Source: an uncultured bacterium (GTDB taxonomy: Bacteria > Acidobacteriota > Thermoanaerobaculia > Multivoradales > JAHZIX01). Taken from it: DNA of 64,000 nucleotides. Below are positions 1-7,289 of the stretch, in pieces. Both the position numbers and the translations under genes were made by a program. The notes below the pieces were generated by a model. It did not search any database. It saw nothing but the letters and a program-made list of their open reading frames with translations, and was not told the origin of the DNA. The stretch lies in contig CBDUPA010000003.1 in the NCBI GenBank assembly GCA_965368975.1, positions 96,001 through 160,000 on the forward strand, read 5' to 3'. Position 1 is the stretch's first letter. Each line of letters begins with the position of its first letter.

Positions 1-348
1 GTGCGAGCCGGCGTCGACGTGCGGTCGTCGCGTGGGTGGTGCCAGTTTCGGGAAGGTCAAGCCCAGCGGTACCAGTTCGTCCAGGTGGGCGTGCAACAGA
101 CTGGGGTGATGGAGGTCCACCGTGGATGCGAGAAGGGCGATCCGGATCAGGGGATGTCCCCAGGTGCAGGCGAGCAACGGGCGCAGGCCGGGCCAGTCAC
201 GGACCGCGTCCGGCAGCTCGGAAAAGGGCGTCGGCGTCAACCAGTCGAGAAGCGTTCGTTCGCCGGGCTGCGTCGGCACGGCGGACCGAACTCGGGGCGG
301 TCGGATGTCCTGCTGGTGAAGCCACTGCCGGTGGGCGGTCTGGGGCAT
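1..348 (-). CDS. S8 subtilase-like protein resembling the N-terminus of PatA/PatG-type proteases (partial, runs off the window edge)
   Basis: Not in the ORF track. ATG at 348 follows a strong AAGGAGG RBS. Manual translation gives ...WPGLRPLLACTWGHPLIRIALLASTVDLHHPSL...HVDAGSH, resembling the subtilase pattern PGL..LW..T.G.P.I.IA.LDG.VD..HP and approaching an H-G-T-like motif at the edge. Confidence 0.6.
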   Translation of the reverse strand, partial: MPQTAHRQWLHQQDIRPPRVRSAVPTQPGERTLLDWLTPTPFSELPDAVRDWPGLRPLLACTWGHPLIRIALLASTVDLHHPSLLHAHLDELVPLGLTFPKLAPPTRRPHVDAGSH

Positions 349-478
349 GGTTGGGGGTCCTCCTTGAATCCCAAGACGCTGGTCGCGGTTCGGGAGTGAA
401 TTTGTCGCGGCACTGAAGTGATCCATGCAGCTGCTCGGAGGCGTGGATCCGATCCGCTGCACTGATAGGCTCCGCGCC

Positions 479-1474
479 ATGGAAATCCACGTTTGGTATC
501 ACTGTCATCAATGTCAGGCACAGCCGATCGAAGGTGTCCGCTGGCATTGCACGACTTGTCCGGATGGACCCGAAAACGACCTCTGTGAGGGGTGTTACCG
601 GCAATATCAGGCAGGCCAGGTCGAGCACCCGCCGCGCACCAGTCCCGGGTTCGGCATCCGCGGCGAGCACCGGTTCGAGCCTCTGCCTGGAAAGCCAGCC
701 GCGGGTTTCCAGGCATGGGCGCAGGTGCCGGATGCCCCGGGCCTGGTTTCTGGAGCCGCCACGTCGCCGGCCGTCGCCAACGCCTTGGTGGTTCGGCCGG
801 AATTCCGTGCCGGACTGGCATCGGCTTTCGGAGGCCACGCTTTCGCGGCACGCTTCGAAGGGAAGACCTTGGTCCTCACCGCGTTGCACGTGATGGACGA
901 ACTGATCAAGAAGCAGGGTGTCGACACGACCGCTGCCAACGCCGGCTACCGCGGGTGTGAGCTGCCGGCGGTGCTGACCAAGCTCGTGCTCTACGATCTG
1001 TTCGCCGACAACTGGATGCTCGCGGAGCTGGGCACGCTGGAGGGCCACGGGGGAACCGGTCCGATGCTGGAGCTTCCCGACGCGCGCACCGGAGAAGAGG
1101 AACCGTATTCGAATCTCGACCTGGCGGCCTTCGACGCCACTGGCGCCACGTTTCTACGTCCGGCGCCGCTGGCAGCCGAGGTGCCCTCGATTGGCCAACC
1201 GGTGTGGCTGGCGGCGTCGATTCCCGGCCGCACCTCTGGCGGCGGAGACCGGACGCTCGCAGCCACGATTGTCGAGCACACGGAGCGGACCTTGATCTTC
1301 CGGTACTCCGAGCGCGATCTCAGCGGTCCGCTCTATACCAGCGGAGCACCGCTTCTCAATGCCGCGGGCGAAGTGGTGGGAGTCAACGTCGGCGGCGGCC
1401 GGCTGGACGGCGCGCGCGTCGGGCACGCCAACCATGTGGTCAGCGTGCGCCGACATCTGAGCGGGCCTGCCTGA
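479..1474 (+). CDS. ZZ-type zinc finger fused to a trypsin-like serine protease domain
   Basis: CHQC-x5-GVRWHCTTC-x5-DLCEGCY...H...H matches the ZZ pattern. Trypsin triad motifs LTALH, DLAAF and YTSGAPLLNAAGEVVGV are present. Start placed at ATG 479 (ORF extends up to 425). Confidence 0.8.
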   Translation: MEIHVWYHCHQCQAQPIEGVRWHCTTCPDGPENDLCEGCYRQYQAGQVEHPPRTSPGFGIRGEHRFEPLPGKPAAGFQAWAQVPDAPGLVSGAATSPAVANALVVRPEFRAGLASAFGGHAFAARFEGKTLVLTALHVMDELIKKQGVDTTAANAGYRGCELPAVLTKLVLYDLFADNWMLAELGTLEGHGGTGPMLELPDARTGEEEPYSNLDLAAFDATGATFLRPAPLAAEVPSIGQPVWLAASIPGRTSGGGDRTLAATIVEHTERTLIFRYSERDLSGPLYTSGAPLLNAAGEVVGVNVGGGRLDGARVGHANHVVSVRRHLSGPA

Positions 1475-1522
1475 AGAGCTTCGCTGCAGGCCTGCGACTG
1501 CGCTTCGACTCCGAGGCTGAGA

Positions 1523-2452
1523 TCAGTCCGCGTCAGAGTCGGTGTACGGGATCCTCCCCGGAATCAGCTGCTCCGTACCCAGGCCGTCCTCGTCCTTGCC
1601 TTCCCACTCGGCCATGAGGCCGTCGTCGAGGCGGTAGGCGAGGATGTGCATCTGCTGGTCGATGTCGCCCCAGGCGCTGGCCATGTGCCGGTCGTCCAGT
1701 TGCATGCCGACACCGACGAGTGCTGGAGCGTTGCTGGTGCGCTCACCACAGACGTGCTCGTGAGGCTCGACGGTCCACCACTCCAGCGCGAACTGTGTGT
1801 GGTTTGGCGAGCTGTCGGCCTGGTTGATGACCAGCTGCATGGACGGGAAGGTTGTACCATCTGCATGCGTGTAGGTGATGCAGTAGGTGCCGGCGAAGCC
1901 AGCACCGTCCCCGTCTCGTACAGCACTGCCGCCACCGGGACGGTCGTCCTCGAGTAGCTTGCTGCGGTACCAGGACGCCTGCAGACCAGCGTCCTCCTGC
2001 AGCGTGTAGACGACGATGCCGACCGGAGCCCGCAGGTCAGTCAGGTCGACCGGCGAGCGGGCCACGCACAGCCGATTTTCTCCCTCGTGCAGGCAGGGCA
2101 GGCCCGGGCCGCCCCAGGCAGCGAAGCCGTCGAGGGAGGGCTCGGTTTGCCAGCCCGCGTGGATGACGGTGCCAGGACTCTCCTGTTCGAGCCCTACGGT
2201 GCCCCCGTAGGGGGCCCCGGCGGGGGTGACGCCTCGCTCGATGCGGAACGGCGTGACCACGTCCGACAGGTCGCTCAAGGCGAACGGCTGCGTGCTGGCC
2301 GGCGAGGTCTCAGTGACTTCCGGGGCCTTGGTGCTGCCGGAGTCGCTACCGGAGTCATTGCCACAGGCGGTGATCAGGAAGGCACCCAGGACGCTACACA
2401 GGAGTGCGGGAAGCAGGGGCATGAGTCGGAGCTGCCGACGAGGGTCGAACAT
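1523..2452 (-). CDS. Lipoprotein of unknown function with two similar small beta-rich domains
   Basis: Signal peptide with lipobox LITA-C, then a Ser/Thr-rich linker. AWG and Y.L....L.A.W motifs occur in both halves. Confidence 0.65.
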   Translation of the reverse strand: MFDPRRQLRLMPLLPALLCSVLGAFLITACGNDSGSDSGSTKAPEVTETSPASTQPFALSDLSDVVTPFRIERGVTPAGAPYGGTVGLEQESPGTVIHAGWQTEPSLDGFAAWGGPGLPCLHEGENRLCVARSPVDLTDLRAPVGIVVYTLQEDAGLQASWYRSKLLEDDRPGGGSAVRDGDGAGFAGTYCITYTHADGTTFPSMQLVINQADSSPNHTQFALEWWTVEPHEHVCGERTSNAPALVGVGMQLDDRHMASAWGDIDQQMHILAYRLDDGLMAEWEGKDEDGLGTEQLIPGRIPYTDSDAD

Positions 2453-2510
2453 GGTCGTCCTCCAAATCGGAGTGGTTATTTAGCTTGCTATCGCAACTAT
2501 CGTACAACAG

Positions 2511-2534
2511 AAAAAGGCGGCCCAAAGGCCGCCT
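2511..2534 (-). terminator. Rho-independent terminator downstream of the DUF2911-like gene
   Basis: On the minus strand, hairpin AGGCGGCC-TTTG-GGCCGCCT runs into a T tract. Confidence 0.75.
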
Positions 2535-2591
2535 CCTGAAGCGATCGCCTGATCGCGACGAGTCGCAGGGTGTGTCCGTCAGCTGGCCGAT

Positions 2592-3185
2592 TCAGCTCGC
2601 GGCTGAGACGGGAACCCGCACCTCGGTGTTGATCCACTGCAGCACGATGTCGGTGCCATCTTCATTGGCATCGAGGGTGATGGTCAGCTGGTCGACCTCT
2701 TCCTCCAGCGTGCTCGGCTTGACTTCGACCACCAGCACGTCGTGCTCGGCCTTGTAGCCCTGCTCCCACTTCTGCTCGGCGCGGTTGAAGCGGAAGGTGC
2801 CCCACAAGCCAAGATCGGAGTTGAAGTGGATCTTCCAGCTGTTGGCGCCCGGCGTGGTGAACACGGAGTAGGTGCCGGCCGGCAGTGTCTGACCTGCGAC
2901 CTGCACGTCCTTGGTGACGGTGATCTCGGTGGCTTCGTTGGCGCCGGTACGCCAGACCTGGCCGAATTGCACGAGTGAGTCTTCACCGGCACCGAAGATG
3001 TTGTCGCGATCGCGCTTGTAGGGGCGGCCGTAGGTGATCTTGAGGTAGGCGTCACCGACGTGGGTCTGGGCGATGCCGACCGGGCTGGTGCGGCGCGACG
3101 GGTGGAGATCCTGGGCTTCGGCGGCCAGGGGCAGCAGCAGCGCCGCGGCGATGGCGGCGAAGAGGTATGAACGAAGGTATCGCAT
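2592..3185 (-). CDS. DUF2911-family secreted protein
   Basis: Signal peptide ending AEA-Q. Motifs SP, ITYGRPYKRDR, VWRTGANEAT and LPAGTYSVFTTP are typical of this family. AAGGAG RBS precedes ATG 3185. Confidence 0.85.
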   Translation of the reverse strand: MRYLRSYLFAAIAAALLLPLAAEAQDLHPSRRTSPVGIAQTHVGDAYLKITYGRPYKRDRDNIFGAGEDSLVQFGQVWRTGANEATEITVTKDVQVAGQTLPAGTYSVFTTPGANSWKIHFNSDLGLWGTFRFNRAEQKWEQGYKAEHDVLVVEVKPSTLEEEVDQLTITLDANEDGTDIVLQWINTEVRVPVSAAS

Positions 3186-3220
3186 GGAGCAGTCTCCTTG
3201 GGTCTCTGTAGAGAGGATAG

Positions 3221-3871
3221 TCATGGGTTGAGGCGCTGATCCAGCCACTGGGCGACCGTGCGCAGCGCCTCGGGCTTGATCTCGTGGGCCATTGGAAATT
3301 CGTGGTAGTCCGGCTCGATGCTCATCGCTCGCAGTTGCTCACGACTGGCGCGGGCCTTGTCGATGTCGACCAGCGGGTCCTGGGTGCCGTGAATCACGAG
3401 GGTTGGCAGCTCGGCCAGATTCGGGGTCTTCGGGATGGCATCTGCCAGCGGCTGTGGCAGCCAGCTGGAGAGGGCGATCAGGCCACGGAAGCGTTCGGGC
3501 TGACGCAATGCCAGATCATAGGCCATGCCGCCGCCCTGGCTGAAACCTGCGACGATCAGCCGCTCGCGGTCGACCGGGTAGTGCTCGACCGCCTGGTCGA
3601 GGAAACCACGCAGGTTCAGCGATGCCTGGGCGAATTCGACCGGATTCGGCGGCTGCCCGGGGATCAGTGGGAACCAGCCGAAGCCTTCCATCCCTGGACC
3701 GATGGGCACCGAGACGGGGCCCTGCGGGCACAGGGTCAGCAGACGCCCGCCGTTGAGCAGCGGCGCCAGACCGAGCAGGTCGAGGGCGTTGGCGCCCCAA
3801 CCGTGCAGGCAGAGCAGCGTGGGGAAAGGGCCTTCGCCCTCGGGAACGTAGCTGGCGTGGATCAGCTTCAT
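3221..3871 (-). CDS. Phospholipase/carboxylesterase (alpha/beta hydrolase)
   Basis: LHGWG, nucleophile GFSQG, HGTQDPLV and AHEI supply the Ser-Asp-His triad. Confidence 0.9.
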   Translation of the reverse strand: MKLIHASYVPEGEGPFPTLLCLHGWGANALDLLGLAPLLNGGRLLTLCPQGPVSVPIGPGMEGFGWFPLIPGQPPNPVEFAQASLNLRGFLDQAVEHYPVDRERLIVAGFSQGGGMAYDLALRQPERFRGLIALSSWLPQPLADAIPKTPNLAELPTLVIHGTQDPLVDIDKARASREQLRAMSIEPDYHEFPMAHEIKPEALRTVAQWLDQRLNP

Positions 3872-4134
3872 GGCGCAAGGATAGCGCAAAGCGCTGGGCA
3901 AAAATTTCTTGGTCCTTTTCGCTGCTGACCTTCGCGTATACCTACAGAGAACAATTCAGCCCGGCGATTGCGGTCTCACCAAGACCGGCCGCGCTCGACA
4001 CAGACGGAGCGCAACGACCGGTCAGCCGAGGGTGGGGGACAGATTACGGGGCCTGGTGAGGCGGATCGCTGGACAAGAACTGGTGTTTGGAAGCACGGTT
4101 TTCGAAGCTTTTGCAGATGGCAGAGAGAGTGCCT

Positions 4135-4200
4135 GGTGGTTCGCGACAACTCGTCTCGAGGTGTCGCGACCGCCAGGCGAGACTTATGGGTTCTCGCCTG
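4135..4200 (-). terminator. Two adjacent hairpins just downstream of mlaD (possible terminator or stability element)
   Basis: Inverted repeats TCGCGACA/TGTCGCGA and CAGGCGAGA/TCTCGCCTG. No clear U tract. Confidence 0.4.
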
Positions 4201-4201
4201 C

Positions 4202-5659
4202 CTAGTTGAAGCTCGGGACGGAGCCGAGCAGGTACTTCAAGTCGTCGTCTTGCCAGCTGACCCCGGCTCCGACGAACAGCGAGTCGCCCTCGTCGAGCAA
4301 GAAGTCGTCGTAACCACCGAGCAGGTAGAAATTGGGGTTTAGGTGGTAGCGGGTGGTGAAGCGCAGGTGTGGGTCGAGGTCGTTCTCGCGCGAGAAGTCG
4401 AAGGCCTCGAGCGACAGTGTCAACCGCCGGCGTAGCATGTGGTAGTCGATCGCCGCGCCACCGGACGACTCGAACAAGCCGACGCGCAAGTCGGCGTCGT
4501 CGAAGTGGAAGCCGAACTGAGCCGACAGGGTGAAGCGGTCTTCTTCCGTGACGCGCTCGACCAAGGTCGTTTCGACCGTGCCGTCGGGCAGAGTGGTGGT
4601 GATGCGGTCGCTGCGCGTGCGCACGCGGCCGTTGGCGTCATCGACCAGCTGCACCTGGTAGAAGCGATTGTTGGGTGGTTGCAGGCGCAGGCCGATGGCG
4701 GCGCGTCCATCCTCGTGGTTGTCATAATAGACACCTTCGAGGCCGAGGTGGAACTCGATCTCGCGTACCTTGCCCAGCGTTTCGCTGAGCTGCGAGACGC
4801 CCTCCTCGACGCTGCCCAGGGTCGACACAAGGGTGTCGTGGGCCGCATCGTCGTAGATCAACTTGCCGAGCGTGCCTTCGCCACTGGCGATCTGGCCCGA
4901 GATGGCATTGAGGTTGTCGACCGAGGTCTCGAGGCGCTCGGAGAGTTCACGGATGTTGCTCAGGCTGCCGCGCAAGTCGCCTCGGTTCTCGCGCACCACT
5001 GCATCGACCTCGCCGATCAGACCGCGGATTTGCTGGCTGATGCGTGGCAGCTCGTCGGCCAGAGTGCCGCTGAAGCGCTCGAAGTTGCCTACCGTGGCGT
5101 CGACCTGGGCACGGTTGGCGGCCAGGAGCGCCCGTAGCTCGACGCTCGCCGCTTCCAGGTTGCGTACCAGACCGGCCAGGTGGCTGGCGGTGTCTTGCTG
5201 TACCAGCTCGCCGGTCAGTTCGGACAGCGAGCCGCCCAGGTTGCTCAGCTGACTCAGGGCTTCGTCGAAGCTCGGTGGTGCCGAGCCGGGCAGCACGCTG
5301 CCGGCAGAGAGCTTTGGAGCCCCTGGCGGTCCGGGGATCAATTCGATGTACTTGTCGCCGAGCAAGCCGGCGTTGGCGATCGCCGCGTGGCTGCCCTCCG
5401 GGAGCTGTACGTCCTGTTCCAGCAGCAGGGTGACCACCGCTCGACCGTCGCGCAACTCGATGCCGTCGACACGTCCGATGCGCACGCCCGCGACGCGCAC
5501 GGGCGCCTTGTCGTTGAGGCCGGCGACCGACTCGAACTCGGCCTCGATGCGTGCCGGCTCGCCTCCGAACAAGGAGATGTCCTCGACTTTGAGGATCAGG
5601 TAGGCGAGCACGGCGAGGCACAGGCTGACGAAGATGCCGACTTTGACGGTGGACGACAT
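4202..5659 (-). CDS. mlaD: MlaD/MCE-family protein with a long helical region and a C-terminal beta-barrel-like domain
   Basis: N-terminal TM, MCE motifs (VAGL...APVRVAGVRIGRV, GLLGDKYIEL), a coiled region with GEGTLGKLI, and amphipathic beta-strands at the C-terminus. Confidence 0.9.
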   Translation of the reverse strand: MSSTVKVGIFVSLCLAVLAYLILKVEDISLFGGEPARIEAEFESVAGLNDKAPVRVAGVRIGRVDGIELRDGRAVVTLLLEQDVQLPEGSHAAIANAGLLGDKYIELIPGPPGAPKLSAGSVLPGSAPPSFDEALSQLSNLGGSLSELTGELVQQDTASHLAGLVRNLEAASVELRALLAANRAQVDATVGNFERFSGTLADELPRISQQIRGLIGEVDAVVRENRGDLRGSLSNIRELSERLETSVDNLNAISGQIASGEGTLGKLIYDDAAHDTLVSTLGSVEEGVSQLSETLGKVREIEFHLGLEGVYYDNHEDGRAAIGLRLQPPNNRFYQVQLVDDANGRVRTRSDRITTTLPDGTVETTLVERVTEEDRFTLSAQFGFHFDDADLRVGLFESSGGAAIDYHMLRRRLTLSLEAFDFSRENDLDPHLRFTTRYHLNPNFYLLGGYDDFLLDEGDSLFVGAGVSWQDDDLKYLLGSVPSFN

Positions 5660-5699
5660 GGTGTTTCTCCTTGGTTGCGGCGGCGTTCCCGGGAGACGC

Positions 5700-6524
5700 T
5701 CAGCCCGCCTCGTCTATGGCTGCTTCTTCACTGAGCGGACCGTCGGCGCGACCTTCCAGGAACTGCCGCACGCGCGGGTCGTCGGAGGCCTGCAGTTCGT
5801 TCGGTGTCGCGGCGGCGATGATCTTGCCCCGGTGCAACATGGCGATACGGTCGCCGATGCGGAAGGCGCTGGGCAGATCGTGACTGATCGTGACGGTCGT
5901 CGGCTGCAAGGTCGCGCGGAGGTCGAGGATGACGTTGTCGAGGTTGGCCTTCATCACCGGGTCGAGGCCGGTGGTCGGTTCGTCGAAGAGCAGGATGCGC
6001 GGTTCGAGTGCGATGGCACGTGCAAAGCCAATGCGCCGGCGCATACCGCCGGAGAGCTCCGACGGCATCTTGCCGCCGGCGCCGCTCAGACGCACCAGCC
6101 GCAGGCATTCCTCGACCCGCGCCTCGATCTCGGCCCGGCGCAGCGAGCCCATGCGGCGCAGCGGGAAGGCAATGTTGTCGTGCACACTCATCGAGTCGAA
6201 GAGCGCACCTTCCTGGAAGGCCATGCCGAAGCGGCGGCGAAAGGCGGTCAGCTTGGGGCCGCTGAGGCCCGCCAGGTCGACGCCGTCCACTTCGACAGTA
6301 CCGGAATCCGGCTGCAGCAAGCCGATCATGTGCTTGAGTAGCACACTCTTGCCGGTGCCCGAGCCGCCGATGATGACCAGCGATTCGCCTTCGTAGATGT
6401 CGAGATCCGTGCCGTCGAGCACCTGCTTGCTGCCGAACGCCTTGCTGACGTCGCACAGGCGGATGGCGACGGTGCGCGTCGCGCTAGCAGTCGAGGCAGA
6501 TGTCGAGGCAGAAGGTGTGGGCAT
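5700..6524 (-). CDS. mlaF: MlaF-like ABC transporter ATP-binding protein
   Basis: Walker A GGSGTGKS, FQEGALFDSM, signature LSGGM, Walker B LLFDEPTTGLDP, and SHD. Confidence 0.92.
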   Translation of the reverse strand: MPTPSASTSASTASATRTVAIRLCDVSKAFGSKQVLDGTDLDIYEGESLVIIGGSGTGKSVLLKHMIGLLQPDSGTVEVDGVDLAGLSGPKLTAFRRRFGMAFQEGALFDSMSVHDNIAFPLRRMGSLRRAEIEARVEECLRLVRLSGAGGKMPSELSGGMRRRIGFARAIALEPRILLFDEPTTGLDPVMKANLDNVILDLRATLQPTTVTISHDLPSAFRIGDRIAMLHRGKIIAAATPNELQASDDPRVRQFLEGRADGPLSEEAAIDEAG

Positions 6525-6533
6525 CGGCTGGGC

Positions 6534-7280
6534 TCAGAACAGGATCTTGGTGAGAAAGAAGTCGGAGATCAGCACCGCGATGCTGGCCAGGACGACGGCG
6601 CGAGTGGTGGCCCGGCCGACGCCTTCGGCGCCGCCGCCGGTGTCGAGGCCCTTCTGGCAGCTGATCAGCGCCACCAGAAAGCCAAAGACAGCGGCCTTGA
6701 TCAGGCCGGAGGTGACATCGGACAGCTCCATGAACTGGAAGCTACTCTCGATGTAGGTGACCGGGTTGGCGCCGAACAGCCCGACCGCCACCAGGTAGCC
6801 GCCCGCGATACCCAAGGCATCCGCCAGGACGATCAGCAGCGGCATCATCAGCGTGGTGGCCCACACACGCGGTACCACCAGGTAGTGCACGGGGTTGGTG
6901 GCCAGCACCTCCAGTGCGTCGATCTGCTCGGTGACCCGCATGGCGCCGAGTTCGGCCCCCATAGCCGAGCCGCAGCGGCCGGCGATCATCAGGGCGCCGA
7001 GCACCGGCGCCAGCTCGCGCACCATCGACAGCGCGACGATGGAGCCGACATAGCCTTCAGCGTTGAAGCGTGCCAGCACGCTGAACGTCTGGAGGGCCAT
7101 CACCATACCGGTGAACATGGCGGTCAGCAACACGACAGGAACCGAGTGGATGCCCACGCGCTGCATCTGTAGAAAGAGCTGGCCGCCGTCGTAGGGTGGC
7201 CGTGGTGTCCACAGAAAGACCTGCCCGACCAGCTGCGCCAGTCGGCCCATTTGCTGGAAGAAGGTCTCGAGCAGTCTCAC
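6534..7280 (-). CDS. mlaE: MlaE-family ABC transporter permease
   Basis: RELAPV, AELGAMRVTEQIDALE and GGAEGVGRATT motifs in a multi-TM protein. Confidence 0.93.
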   Translation of the reverse strand: MRLLETFFQQMGRLAQLVGQVFLWTPRPPYDGGQLFLQMQRVGIHSVPVVLLTAMFTGMVMALQTFSVLARFNAEGYVGSIVALSMVRELAPVLGALMIAGRCGSAMGAELGAMRVTEQIDALEVLATNPVHYLVVPRVWATTLMMPLLIVLADALGIAGGYLVAVGLFGANPVTYIESSFQFMELSDVTSGLIKAAVFGFLVALISCQKGLDTGGGAEGVGRATTRAVVLASIAVLISDFFLTKILF

Positions 7281-7289
7281 CGTGGATTC

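Noticed and set aside
1-416. Plus-strand ORFs 1..399 and 36..416
   Set aside because: No motifs. The minus-strand frame has the RBS and the subtilase-like sequence.
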